A stretch of DNA of 63,569 nucleotides, the filler included, from Octopus bimaculoides (Eukaryota), in NCBI RefSeq assembly GCF_001194135.2. It is 4 parts of 2 records of this genome, joined end to end, with 100 filler letters (N's around TTAATTAATTAA, not from the genome) between each part and the next. Parts side by side here need not be neighbours in the genome. Positions count along the whole stretch, not along the records: positions 24,297 to 44,680 come from NC_068990.1; positions 44,781 to 60,851 come from NC_068990.1; 2 more parts are not named here. One strand, written 5' to 3'. Both the position numbers and the translations under genes were made by a program. This document shows, piece after piece, positions 37,267-51,206 of this stretch; within the stretch, counting starts at the first letter, position 1; every line of letters begins with the position of its first letter. The notes under the pieces were generated by a model, which did no database searches, was not told the DNA's origin, and saw only the letters and a program-made list of their open reading frames with translations.

Positions 37267-37319
<53 letters not shown>

Positions 37320-37476
37320 NNNNNNNNNNNNNNNNNNNNNNNNNNNNNNNNNNNNNNNNNNNNNNNNNNNNNNNNNNNNNNNNNNNNNNNNNNNNNNNNN
37401 NNNNNNNNNNNNNNNNNNNNNNNNNNNNNNNNNNNNNNNNNNNNNNNNNNNNNNNNNNNNNNNNNNNNNNNNNNNN

Positions 37477-37509
<33 letters not shown>

Positions 37510-37677
37510 TATATATATATATATATCATTCCTCACTCTCTCTCTCCTATACACACACAAATCTACATACTTGCATGCATATATACATGTATTCTCGCGC
37601 GCGCACACACATCCGTTGCTTTTAACGAACAGCAGAAAGAAAAAAAATACTCATTACCTACACCGTATTAATGTATG

Positions 37678-37861
37678 CATAAATGTATATATGTGTCTAT
37701 GTATAAATGTATATATGTGTATGTATAAATGTATATATGTGTCTATGTATAAATGTATAGATGTGTATGTATAAATGTATATATGTATCTATGTATAAAT
37801 GTATATATGTGTATGTATAAATGTATATATGTGTATGTATAAATGTATATATGTGTCTATC
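37678..37861. repeat. Minisatellite of alternating 24/22-bp units
   Basis: tataaatgtatatatgtgt(ct)atg x8, unit order 24,22,24,22,24,22,22,24. Confidence 0.9.
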
Positions 37862-38018
37862 TATATGCATATATTCATAAATATATAAATACACGCACGC
37901 GCGCACACATACACACATACACACACACACACACAAACACAAACTCACGCACGCACGCGCGCGCGCATACTTACACACTTGAAAAAGAAAGACTAAGAAG
38001 AAAAAAAAAAAGGAAGCG

Positions 38019-38099
<81 letters not shown>

Positions 38100-38481
38100 A
38101 GCTGGGAAAACGGAGACATAAAAGCAAGCAAGGATTGTAAGATATTTCGAAAGATGATACTTTGAATTTTCAAATAACTCATCTGAACTATTTGAAACTC
38201 TGATAAAGTAAGAACTGCCAAAAGAATGTTTTCATACAGCTTGTTTTTATGTATGACAAGTAAATTAGCTCAGATCCGCTGGGTGAGCCATCGAGTGTAT
38301 CTCCATTTATTTATTTTTTTACACTACAGACTGGTTTCATGCAAGACACATTTTCCACTGTCCGGGAGATAACGCGCGTAACAAAGCACAATAAAGTGCA
38401 TAATACATAATTTAATTATTACATATATTATTCGTATATATTGCGTATATAATCCTTTCTACAATAGCTACAAGATCTGAG

Positions 38482-38846
38482 TGGAGGCGCAATGGCCCAG
38501 TGGTTAGGGTAGCGGACTCGTGGTCATAGGATCGCGGTTTCGCTTCCCAGAGTGTTTATTGAGCGAAAACACCTAAAGTTCCACGAGGCTCCGGCAGGGG
38601 ATGGTGGCGAACCCTGCTGTACTCTTTCACCACAACTTTCTCTCATTCTTACTTCCTGTTTCTGTTGTACCTGTAATTCAAAGGGCCAGCCTTGTCACAC
38701 TGTGTCACGCTGAATATCCCCGAGAACTACGTTAAGGGTACACGTGTCTGTGGAGTGCTCAGCCACTTGCACGTTAATTTCACGAGCAGGCTGTTCCGTT
38801 GATCGGATCAACTGGAACCCTCGACGTCGTAAGCGACGGAGTACCA
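38482..38846 (+). mobile_element. SINE family B head with tail C, 11-bp TSD
   Basis: TSD acaagatctga at 38470-38480 and 38853-38863. Confidence 0.92.
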
Positions 38847-38856
38847 ACAATAACAA

Positions 38857-39272
38857 GATCTGAAATTTTCGAGGAAAGGGCAAGTCGATTACATCGACCC
38901 CAATGTTTCACTGTACTTATTTCATCAATCCCGAATGGATGAGGGACAAAGTCGATCTCAGCGGAATTTGAACTCAGAATTTGAAGTGAACGAAAGGCCA
39001 ATAAGCAAATTGTCCAGCATGCTAAAAGTTCTGAAAGCTCGCCTCCTTACATATATAATATTGGTTTCAAATCTTGGCACACGATCAGTGATTTCAGGGA
39101 AGAGGTTAAGTCGATTACATCAACCTCAGTGCTCAACTAGTACTTATTTTATCGACCTCAAAAGGACAAAAGGCAAGACGACCTCGGCAGAATTTGAACT
39201 CAGAACGGTAAGACGGACGAAATGCCACTAAGCGTTTTGTCCGGCGTGCTAAAAGCTCTACTAGCTCGCCTC
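38857..39272 (-). mobile_element. SINE family A, two tandem copies
   Basis: About 38857-39048 and 39060-39272; the tail of the left copy is split by a family B/C SINE. Confidence 0.85.
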
Positions 39273-39518
39273 TTTACGTATATAATAATACTTATATATT
39301 TGGAAAAAGAAAAACAAAACAAAGCAAAAAACACCGCAGACTGTAATAGTGAATAAAATAGATATAAAAATTCGAATAGAATTAAATAATATCAAAATAT
39401 TTTTTTCTTCCTGTTCGGCCCTGTGTCAAAGGATCTACAACCCAGTAAATGTCTGCCACTCTGTGGTTGGAAAGCCCTGCTCTACATAGTCAAATTACAA
39501 CCAACTCTCCTTCAGATT

Positions 39519-39688
39519 CTGTTGCATAGCTAGGGTTGCGTGAGGTTGGAGGTCCGCCCTGGACGACGCTTTTATGGGGGGAAACACTTTTAGGTCTGCC
39601 GTATTTGCTTCTATAGAATTGCAGGGGTCCAAGAAGAGGTGGAAAATTCAAGGTCTGCCTCGGTCGATACACATTCTAACTACGACAG
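39519..39688. mobile_element. Possible degenerate GC-rich MITE
   Basis: Imperfect TIRs ctgttgcatagctaggg / cattctaactacgacag; internal duplicated gtc(c/t)gcc motif; no TSD seen. Confidence 0.4.
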
Positions 39689-39956
39689 CGCTCAAATGTA
39701 TGTCCAAATATAAGGGAAACAAATGGTCATTAAAGAAATCCTTTCAGTCATTTAACCAGGGCAAACTTAGGTTTCACGATGGCGACGACAACAATGACAA
39801 TAACAACAACTTAAACCATTAAATGTACTCCTTCGTGGTTGCTCAAACTGCTATAAATAGTAGCCTGTCTTCTATTAAACAATACTCTACAATTACATTA
39901 GGGACGAGGAAATATTTGCATTTGCAGGTAACACACATATTTCTCAACAAATTTCC

Positions 39957-39992
<36 letters not shown>

Positions 39993-40015
39993 TATATTTG
40001 TATATTTGTATGTAA

Positions 40016-40046
<31 letters not shown>

Positions 40047-40123
40047 TACCCTCCACATACACGCCCACATATCGTTTTGTATTTGGTTTACAAGATTCTA
40101 GATGCAAATACATTACATACATA

Positions 40124-40175
<52 letters not shown>

Positions 40176-40842
40176 CGTGCGTGTGTGTGTCTGTATATAA
40201 CATTCATGTACGGATTTTATAAATGCATTGAATCTATAAACGTATAATTGAATTTTTGTGGTTTTAAAAAAGCCTGCCGGTTTGGGAATTGAATTTCACC
40301 AGATTATAGAACAATTCTTTTATATAATTAGTTGATTGCTTGGCATTGGGAAGGAATATGAAGCTGATTTTCTCATTAAGGTTTATAAATTATATTAGCC
40401 GTGGCTCCTGTGTTATTNNNNNNNNNNNNNNNNNNNNNNNNNNNNNNNNNNNNNNNNNNNNNNNNNNNNNNNNNNNNNNNNNNNNNNNNNNNNNNNNNNN
40501 NNNNNNNNNNNNNNNNNNNNNNNNNNNNNNNNNNNNNTATATATATATACATCCTTTCATACATACATCCTTTCATAAATATACAAGTAAACGGATAAAT
40601 ACATACATGTATGCAAGTATAAATACACTTATGCATATATATAGTACATGCATTCTTGATGCATACATACAATCATGCATGCATATATACATAGATGAAT
40701 AAAGACACATGTACATCAAGCATGGGATGTGCGTAGATACATAGAACAGGCAACAGGCATATATAAAATACATTGTCGACAAAAGGCTTTTTTGTTGGAG
40801 ACAATGCGTAAAATTTCTTAGACAAAAAAACTGTTTGCTTTT

Positions 40843-41050
40843 ATATTCTTTTACGTTTGTCAGTCATTAGACTGCAGCCATGCTGGGGCACCGCCTTGAG
40901 GTATTTTAATGGAACTAATCGATCCCAGTACTTATTTTAAAGCTTGATACTTATTCCATCGTTCTCTTATGCTGGACATCTAAGTTATGGGAACACAAAC
41001 ATACCATCACCAGTTGTCAGTCGGTAGTAGGGGCAAACACAGACACAAAG

Positions 41051-41060
<10 letters not shown>
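40843..41060 (-). mobile_element. SINE family D tail
   Basis: cagtcattagactgcagccatgctggggcaccgcc; runs into (CA)n and a gap. Confidence 0.8.
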
Positions 41061-41107
<47 letters not shown>

Positions 41108-43285
41108 NNNNNNNNNNNNNNNNNNNNNNNNNNNNNNNNNNNNNNNNNNNNNNNNNNNNNNNNNNNNNNNNNNNNNNNNNNNNNNNNNNNNNNNNNNNNN
41201 NNNNNNNNNNNNNNNNNNNNNNNNNNNNNNNNNNNNNNNNNNNNNNNNNNNNNNNNNNNNNNNNNNNNNNNNNNNNNNNNNNNNNNNNNNNNNNNNNNNN
41301 NNNNNNNNNNNNNNNNNNNNNNNNNNNNNNNNNNNNNNNNNNNNNNNNNNNNNNNNNNNNNNNNNNNNNNNNNNNNNNNNNNNNNNNNNNNNNNNNNNNN
41401 NNNNNNNNNNNNNNNNNNNNNNNNNNNNNNNNNNNNNNNNNNNNNNNNNNNNNNNNNNNNNNNNNNNNNNNNNNNNNNNNNNNNNNNNNNNNNNNNNNNN
41501 NNNNNNNNNNNNNNNNNNNNNNNNNNNNNNNNNNNNNNNNNNNNNNNNNNNNNNNNNNNNNNNNNNNNNNNNNNNNNNNNNNNNNNNNNNNNNNNNNNNN
41601 NNNNNNNNNNNNNNNNNNNNNNNNNNNNNNNNNNNNNNNNNNNNNNNNNNNNNNNNNNNNNNNNNNNNNNNNNNNNNNNNNNNNNNNNNNNNNNNNNNNN
41701 NNNNNNNNNNNNNNNNNNNNNNNNNNNNNNNNNNNNNNNNNATATATATATATATACAAACTTGTTTCTGGTAGTCAAGGTTTTATAAAAGTATATGAAC
41801 ATGCGATGTTTTCATCATCGGACCCTAAATACCCTGAAATATAGCAATGTCTGCAAGTGATATAGATATTTGAAAAAAACATTAGAGCAACGCAGATGAG
41901 AAGTTAGGCAAAATATATAAGGTAATGTCAATAAATGAAAACAAAGAGTAAAGATATTGTGTTAATTTACATAGGTTGTTCGTTGTTCAATGATCCTATA
42001 ACATTTCGGGAAAGAGTCCTCTTTTTAAATACGAAGAAAAGAAAATAATGGGAGACCTCGGGGAAAATAATGAAAGAGCTCGTAGTTCCTACATACGCTC
42101 TACCATTATGGCTGCTTGGAACTCTTCACTGGCTGTTCCAAGACCGGATCATCAGGCAAGCAGACTGGACTATAATAATCTACGTGGAGCTCTAAACTTA
42201 ACAGTATCAGTTGCACATTTATTTGTACACATAACATATACGATGTGTGTGCGTGTGCGTGTGTGTGCGTGCGAGTGTGTGTGTGTATGTGTTTGCATGT
42301 GTGTCAGAGAGTAGTTACTAGTAAGCCATTCTAGTGTGCTGTAGTTTGGATGTATGTGTATGTACATGTTTGTTTGTATATGTCTGTATGTGAGTGTGTG
42401 CAGGTAAATAATGCGATATAGTGAAACAACTAATGCAATATATATCAAACTTAATATAGGAATCTGTGTAGCATATTTAAATCAATTACATCGCGGAAAG
42501 CCAAATCAACTGCGGTATTCGTCCTGGGATCATAACTGTTATAGACGTACCGCATAAAGTAATGCAAAAGTATGTCATTAAGAGACAAAAATAGTCATTC
42601 AGAGGTAGGAGGAGTATTAGACGCACATTTCTGTCTTTTTAACCTTCCTCAGCAGTATGTACCCGATATCAACTGCATGCCAAGACAAAATCAATCAACA
42701 CTGTTATAGGAAAACATTGGTTAAAAAATCATAGATGTTGCACTTAGTCGTGCCAGATCTAAGTTTATGTTTCATGCCTTGAACAGTAATCATTTGTAGG
42801 ATGTTATTTCATAATACGCAGCTGAGTCCATTATGGTCAACTCAGGAGCTGTTTGGGCCATCATACAAAACTTTCAACTCTGCAAGTCAAATTTACACAC
42901 AGTGATCAACAGATAATATATTTACGACTTAATCTCATTTCAAATTCCTATAAAGGCTAATATAAATAAAAATCTAAAAGAAATGACAATACCAGATATA
43001 GCTTTTTTCCACTTATGATTGTTGTAAAATGCATGAAACTTAAGCCTAAGTCTGGGTAAGATATATTAATACTATTATGTATTTCTTAATTTAATTTTGT
43101 ATGTCTCATTGTTTAAATTAATTACACCCAAATTTTTAGACACAGTCGTCAATCGCTCTTGTCAAATGCAATATAAAAATAGATCGTCACACACACACAC
43201 ATACATACGCATCTAAGCGTGTATATGTATAAAAATATTTGTATAAGTGTGTGTCTATATATGAATATAAGTACATATATATATA

Positions 43286-44466
43286 TTAGATTGTCTCACA
43301 TGAAATGTATTTGAAAGGTAACAATAAAATGTTTCAGAAATGTTAGAGAACTGATTTATTTAATCAAAGAATGATCCATGTTCATTTATGACGTTTACCC
43401 AACGTTTCTCTGTCATATATTCCATCTTTAACAAAATTTCATCTTTTGCTGTGATAAACTGTCCGAATGCTTCAATTACGTCTTCTCTATTTAAGAATGT
43501 TTTATTGCTTATGGAAAGCCCGAAATGCTTATATAAGTGACGATCAGTAGGAGAGATATCAGAGGAATAGGGAGGAGGTTGCAAAATCTCATAATTCAGG
43601 CTTTGCAACTTTTGGACCGTAGCTTGAGGAGTGTGAGGACGTGCATTGTCGTGAAGAAAAATTGGGTCATCTCTATTCACTAGTCTGGGTTGCTTCTTTT
43701 TCAAATTCTCATACATACAATCAATTTCCTGGCAGTACAATGTTGCTGTTACCGTTTTACCTTGTTGCAAAAATGAATAATGAATAAATCCCTTCGTAGA
43801 CCACCGTAGAGTGACCACTAACTTTTTAGGGTGCAATGATAGGTTTGAATAGTGCTTAGGTGACTCTCCTAATCACTGTCCTGTTCTCCTGCTGTTGTCA
43901 AAGAGCATCCATTTTTCATCACAAGTAATGATTTGATGCAAAAATGGTCTTTTCCAGACGAGAAAGCAATATGGAGCACACTTCGANNNNNNNNNNTAAT
44001 CTCGTTTAATCCGTTTTCTTCACTTTTCCAATTTTTTACAGTTGTCCAAAAACAGTTGTGTTCTGTTGAAAGTTTTTGAACTTTTGTTCCTGGATTTTGT
44101 TCAACCAAAGCATTTAATCCATCATGCTAGATAACTGATTTTGGCCTGCCCCTTGGTTTATTTTCAAGACTATCATCTCCTGAACGAGAGCTTTGGAACC
44201 ATCTCTGAACAGTTCTGATGTCAACAAAACCATTACCAAAAGCCCGCTTGATATACCGTAGAGATTCTGCAGCAGAGTGACCCAGTTTGTACCCATTCGA
44301 GAAAATCACTCTACATAGTTTGGTTGTTACCATTTTCATAAGGTCTGTGGGTATGAATTGTGTATACCAATATCGTTGGGAAAGAAAAAGAGTCAAGATT
44401 AAATGCAAGGTATAAATAATTGAGTTTTTAAATGACTGAAATAACAAGTAATTAAAAATGCGACAN
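43286..44466 (-). mobile_element. Second mariner element (DD34D), different subfamily, decayed, with assembly gaps
   Basis: N-terminal HTH (RVIFSNGYKLGHSAAES..TVQRWFQ), ITCDEKW, HDNARPH..34 aa..YSSDISPTD; left end ttagattgtctc after TA; transposase about 43360-44339. Confidence 0.9.
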
Positions 44467-46071
44467 NNNNNNNNNCACTGTCCTGTTCTCCTGCTGTTGT
44501 CAAAGAGCATCCATTTTTCATCACAAGTAATGATTTGATGCAAAAATGGTCTTTTCCAGACGAGAAAGCAATATGGAGCACACTTCGAGGCGTCTGTTTT
44601 TTTTTTTTTTAATCTCGTTTAATCCGTTTTCTTCACTTTTCCAATTTTTTACAGTTGTCCAAAAACAGTTGTGTTCTGTTNNNNNNNNNNNNNNNNNNNN
44701 NNNNNNNNNNNNNNNNNNNNNNNNTTAATTAATTAANNNNNNNNNNNNNNNNNNNNNNNNNNNNNNNNNNNNNNNNNNNNTACACACATAAGAAATTCTT
44801 AATGTGTGTGTGTGTGTGTGTGTGTGCGTGTGTATGTATCTCACATATAACATCTTTGACGAAGATGTTGTTTATATAACATTCGAATTCACTTCCGCCC
44901 ACTACTCTTTGAGAAGAAGCTGAAGCCTCATGTCCTATTTTCTAAGTCTTTCAGGGTCTTCCTCAGTTCATTATTCGATGAAAATCGGCCATATCTGTCA
45001 TCGATCGCGGAAAACATCGATGTTTACCGAACGCAGTTGATGTTTTGTTTACTTACCCCCAAAATCTCAGAAGTAGTACTTTTATAAAAAAAGTATTTCG
45101 GAAGCCAGAAAGATTAAACGACGTATATTAATATATATATAATGACCTTTGACACAATAACTAGTTTCTTGACTGGTACAAAATAGGTGAAGTAAATATA
45201 GACTATTTGACAATTACTTTGTGTGTCTAGATAATTTTTTTTTTATTTCACGTGCATTTATTTATTTTTCCTACTGCTTAATCAGCACATGCTGCTGCCG
45301 CTGCGGTATCATATATAAACTTAAATCTTGCTCACATCTGTTAGTTTTCATACCGCTGTTTTCTTTACTGTGGAGAATTTGTTTGTATAGTTTTGAAGAT
45401 CGCTGTTATAATAAAGAATTAGAAACAACTTTTAGTTAAGGGAACCGAGCGTTTCTCAGCAAAAATTTGTCTGTTGATTCTTTCAATCCGTTCATTCTTT
45501 ATTTTTTATTTTTTATTTTTGAGTTCCAATGTCGTCCAAGCAATCTCGATATTCTAACATTGGATTCATTCATTATTAAAAAATTGCGAAAATATTATTG
45601 TCTATTAAAGAATCGTTGTTTCCGTAGTTTAACACCAGATTGGTCGTATTTGAACAGACATATCATAGACATCCCAGATATACCTCCTACCCCAACAATT
45701 TTCTATATCAGCGATTTCATTATGTGATGTGTCCTTAAGACAAAATTGATAAACCAAAATATATTGCTGGAAGTAAGGTGCAGATATTAGTCGTGAATTA
45801 AAATTCTTCTGAGAGTCAAATATCACTGAGGTTTCAAATGGACGAGAAGAGAAAATAATATATTTGGTATGAGAAACTGGCGGAAAATAAAATACGACGA
45901 AATGATTTGTCGTTCAGTTTCAACGTGTCTTGTATTTTGCGACAAAATGTGAGTGAACCAGACACAAGTTCTCTGCTGTAACATAGCTCTTCTAGATTAT
46001 AGCTGAAATAGTAGCAAAGTGAAAACTTGCTACTGTCCTGTTGAGACATGGCAAAGTAGTAGTAGTAGTAA

Positions 46072-46261
46072 TCCTTTCTACTGAAAGCACAAAGCCTTGA
46101 AATTATAGAGGAGGGGACTAGTCGATTACATCGACCGCAGTGTTTCACTGGTACTTAATTTATCGACCCAATGAAAGACAAAGCCGACCCCCGTAGAATT
46201 TGAACTCAGAACGTGAAGACGGGCGAAATGCCGTTAAGCATTCCGCCCGGCGTGCTAACGA
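46072..46261 (-). mobile_element. SINE family A
   Basis: Reverse complement of family A. Confidence 0.85.
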
Positions 46262-46279
46262 TTCTACCAGCTCGCCGCC

Positions 46280-46329
<50 letters not shown>

Positions 46330-46352
46330 ATAATAATAATAATAATAATAAT
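46261..46352. repeat. Compound (ATT)n/(AAT)n microsatellite
   Basis: Directly visible. Confidence 0.97.
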
Positions 46353-49300
46353 AGTTTCAAATTTTTGGTTCAGTGCCANNNNNNNNNNNNNNNNNNNNNN
46401 NNNNNNNNNNNNNNNNNNNNNNNNNNNNNNNNNNNNNNNNNNNNNNNNNNNNNNNNNNNNNNNNNNNNNNNNNNNNNNNNNNNNNNNNNNNNNNNNNNNN
46501 NNNNNNNNNNNNNNNNNNNNNNNNNNNNNNNNNNNNNNNNNNNNNNNNNNNNNNNNNNNNNNNNNNNNNNNNNNNNNNNNNNNNNNNNNNNNNNNNNNNN
46601 NNNNNNNNNNNNNNNNNNNNNNNNNNNNNNNNNNNNNNNNNNNNNNNNNNNNNNNNNNNNNNNNNNNNNNNNNNNNNNNNNNNNNNNNNNNNNNNNNNNN
46701 NNNNNNNNNNNNNNNNNNNNNNNNNNNNNNNNNNNCTTATAAAATTTAGAATTTTGCAGATAACTTTCATTCTGTTCACATGAGTTTTTAACCACTTGCA
46801 GATGTTCTTACACATATCCACGCAAAGAACGAATTATTTCGTTATCTAACGTATTTCTAAAGTTAACTTTGCATAATGCTATATCTACTCAATTACTTGA
46901 AATTTTATTACATTTTGAAATTTTATTAAAAATAACTGATTTTTTCGTTAAAAAAAAAACGAAATCGAATTTATCAACTTAGAACAGACTACACATTTTA
47001 GGAAGGATGTATATATTTTCAGTTAAAATGGTAACAGTACTTTGCTGTGTATTGTCGAACCCGGAGGGATATCATCGAATTAAACCATGGCAGGATTTGA
47101 ACTCAAAACGTAAAGGGACATAACTAACTGTTGTAAGGCAATTTTGGTCCGTTTTATTTGCCGTCTTTGCAGCTCTTAGTGCTAAATAATCCAAGCTAAT
47201 TAAAATTTAAAAAAAAAAAAAACTTATAATTTTAAATTAATTGCTACTATATTGTCTTTTTGCAGTCACAATATATGCATATAGACATCATTAGCTAAAT
47301 GTATCTTCATTTAATCATATTAGCTCTATGTTTTTGAAATCCAAGTTCGTATTTAGTTGGAGCGAAATCCTCTCCACTCAGTGTAATATTTATTCGCACG
47401 TATACGTAGGAACAGGTGTATAAGTACTCATGTATAAGGAACGGGAGATACTTTCTGTTTTTGTAATAATACAAATTATATTAAAAAGTGAGGGAAAACT
47501 ACTCTACAGGCACCAGCTTAAAACGTTTTCTTACTTCCATACATATTTACTTTTAGATAGTTTATAGGTTTTCATCTGGCTCCTCCTGTGTACCATTGCT
47601 GTCAAATCTAGGAATTTTTATTTTTCTGTTGATATTGATAATAGCAATTGTACACATATAAAAAGAAATTGTCCATATTCAATTTCTTATGATTTGATTT
47701 ATAATGAACCATACGGATTCAGTTTCTATGAAAGACTCCCTCATCTACATCATTCCATTATATGAATCTAATCTGTGTTTGTTTACACGTGTGTGTTAGC
47801 GCACACGCCAATCCATATGTGTGTTTTGTCATAGTGAAGCTATATTTATTTTACTAGAACAGCTTGTTTTTATTCTGGTAACTTGAAAGAGTGGAACAAA
47901 CCTTCCTGTATACATTCAGACACGTTTCCCTCATCCTTCTACACACTCTCTTATACTCCCTTCACCGCTTTTCTCTATCTCAACCTTTCCCTCACTTCGC
48001 TACTTCCACTTGTACTCACGTCTATTCGTCCGCCAACCCATTCATTTCTTCATTAATCTTTCTTTCATTCTCCATCTTACAACAACATTTCATCATTCCT
48101 TTATTCCCTTACCTTACAGGCCACTAACGCTGCTTCTTTCATCGACACTACCTCGTTTATTACCACCACTGTTGCTCTCTTGCTTAGAGTAACGACCCCT
48201 CCTCCATCCTGCTGCACCTAACTTTATGGCAGAAGCGTCCACAGCTACCATCGCAACACCGTTGTCCCGAAGATTAGTCTAAAGGAATGGAATATTAATT
48301 AAATAACAACCTGCAGCTTTATACTTCTAGGACCTTTAATTCAATTTTTTAATTTGTTTGATTTTAACAGCATGTAAACAAACGTTCATATGTGAACTGG
48401 TACGCGTTTGCGCATCCGCACAAATACTCATGTAATAATAGACAAATTGATAGAGAGATAGGCGGATGGTTAACAATATAGGTGAAGATGCTTAAAGATC
48501 GCATATGAATAATGTCTCACTTTATATTGTCTAAGTAAAATGTATTCTCTCGTGCATATGCAGCTGTGGAGAACGCGAGGGCAAAATGTAAGGAGATAGA
48601 ATACGCCAGATTTATTTATATTTATAAACAGTCGTGCACTGCTTAAAAAAATCAGCAACACATCTATCACAAGAATGGATCCCTCCTGCCATCTGTCACA
48701 AACTCAGTACTGTGGTTTCTATCCTGTCAACTCTTATTCACTCATCAAAACGTCCTCTTTTAGCTCACCTAAGGATAATGTGCACCAAATAAAGGTAAGT
48801 GTATTCATATATATTTCTTTCTTCTAGAATTCGTCAGTGCATGTTTGATCCTTATAGCTTTTGGAGCTTGCTAGTTTTAAATGACTATTTTCACTAAATT
48901 GAGTTCAACAAGCTATCTTTTTCTTCTTACTTGAAGATGTTATTATTTTCAGTCTTTCTCTCATCTTTTTCCTTTCAAGTTATTTTTTTAATGACTGCAT
49001 ACTATTGCTTATTTGGTTTATTTTGTCTGACACGTATGTTATTTTCTTTCTTTTTTTTTTATACTATAAAATAGAAATTGTAAGACTGACAAATAATAAT
49101 AATAATAATGATGATAATAAATAATAACAATAATGCTAGCAGTGAACTATATATTTGAAAGAGTATTAGCAGAAAAGTAGAATGAAAGAAACAGCAGTTG
49201 AAAAGAAAATTGTAAATTATACATATGTAGATCGCATGAAACGAGATAATACAACAGAAACATTAATGGTTTTGTACATTTATATTACAAGCTTTAATGT

Positions 49301-50289
49301 TTTCATTGTAAAGGGAACAAAAGCATCTTGATCGTCCGTCAATATGTATACCTGTTAAAATGTTTGAAGTCGTACATAAAACATGTTTGCCTGTGTTTAT
49401 ATACTGAAAAATCTAGCAGCCGACTTCTGCTAAGGTATGTTGATAGTCGCTCATCACGCTCGCTTTTGTTTATATACACTTAGAACATATTATATCAAAT
49501 CAACACACACTGGCACACACATTACACGGTAACACACACACACATAAATACATACATAGACTCACACGTACCCCTCCCCAATGTGTGTGTGTGTGCACAC
49601 GCACTTATATTCTATGGAGAGAAAAAATACGTTTTCCTGTTATATATGCAACCGAATTTTTAATACAAACACGCAGTGTGTATTTATGTATAGAAATACA
49701 TGATGATTCATCCTGTATGCGCATATGTATCTGTGTATAGAAGCATAAAAATGAATAAATTACACTCTCTCACACACACACACAGAGGCAAACACTTATG
49801 GTGATTCATATGTACATGCGTGCACACATATAAATACAAACATACTTTCTAACCATAGGCATATTTCATATTGTATAATATTTCTAACGATAAGAACGGG
49901 AAAGCATTAACCATGGCTGAATTTTCATGAGCAAGTCAAAATCTTCTGTTTAAATGTATATTGTGTACGTTTTAATTTCGACTCAGACATGACTTCATTC
50001 TTCGACCTATAGGCGCGCGCGAACACACACACACACATCATATATTAATTTATTAGTGAAACTTATACACACATACACGTGTGCTTGTGCTGATTGTGCG
50101 TGTATGCGTGTCTGTATATATAAATATGTATGTATGTGGCAATATTTCGGTTGTGCATATATATATACACATAGACAGATAGACATACAGACATAAATGC
50201 ACGCATACAACACACATATACATGTATGTATGTATGTATGTATGTATAGAGCAAGATAGCAATTTAAACTCCATCTAAGCGTTATTTAA

Positions 50290-50339
<50 letters not shown>

Positions 50340-50704
50340 TAAAAATTACATTATTTTAATTATAACCTATAGTTGAGATTAATTTCTATTAATTCCCTAA
50401 AGTAATTAGAAACAAATATTTATGCGATATGTTAAACGAATTACGCTGCTTATGAGATTACAGTATTGAAATATTTATTTTTAATAAATAAATTCATCAT
50501 ATATCTGGAGAGGCTGTTGTTGTACAGAAGGAACAAAATTTCTTCAGATTTGCTTAATTCTGAACAGTGGCATGTTCCGTTGATGTGGTTTTTAAAAGAT
50601 TTTTAAACGCTTGTATGAACTTACAAGGTTGCGTTTGTCTCTCCCGTGATCCTTATCTTTCTGACCGTCGCTCTCTTTTCTTGTATGTATGCTTGTATGT
50701 ATTT

Positions 50705-51070
50705 TGGTTGTTGCTTAACCTGAGATCAACTCCGATTTAGGGCGCCGATGATCAAAGGCATTCATATAAGGCCGAGAGAGAGAGACAAAGCATGATGATA
50801 ATCTACATGGTGTTGTTGTTATTTAGCTCCTGGTCAGCTATGAGTGAGCAGACACCTGTGATACATAGAATCATTCCAGCTGTGACCATTACCATTCCGT
50901 ATTTTTCCTTTGTGAAAGGAATCCAAGAAAACACTGTTCAGCGTGTCCATTTTCAAAGATTGTATGTAGGGCGTTTGCGGTATGAGGGAGATTTGACTGC
51001 AATTTCTAGCAGAACGCGCGACTTTGCAAAGGTTCCGTTATTGATTCGCAATCCACTTGGTCATTAACCT
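50705..51070 (+). repeat. Interspersed repeat family E (unclassified); related copies at about 27660-28030, 51935-52100 and 55880-56130
   Basis: Shared blocks tgatcaaag(g)cattccagc and gagatttggctgctatttctagcag in four places. Confidence 0.65.
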
Positions 51071-51102
51071 CGGTGTATGAATTCGATTTCTGTATGGACT
51101 CA

Positions 51103-51145
<43 letters not shown>

Positions 51146-51155
51146 NNNNNNNNNN

Positions 51156-51206
<51 letters not shown>

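Noticed and set aside
44477-44680. Apparent tandem duplication of part of the second mariner
   Set aside because: Essentially identical to about 43875-44060, bounded by gaps, and it contains the bases missing in the 10-N gap at 43987-43996; most likely an assembly artefact
44862-44900. ttgacga a gatgtt..aacatt cgaa hammerhead-like string
   Set aside because: C3 and one A of GAAA are missing and there is no stem I; too degenerate to support
45450-45720. Faint Tc1/maT-like peptide on the minus strand (VGVGGISG..GVKL)
   Set aside because: No catalytic motif or TIR recognisable
46261-46352. (ATT)n/(AAT)n self-complementary tract
   Set aside because: Simple-repeat turnover beside SINE ends; common in this window
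48764-48794. Possible 31-bp + strand micro-exon with AAG|GTAAGT donor
   Set aside because: Too short to distinguish from chance splice-like sites without RNA data
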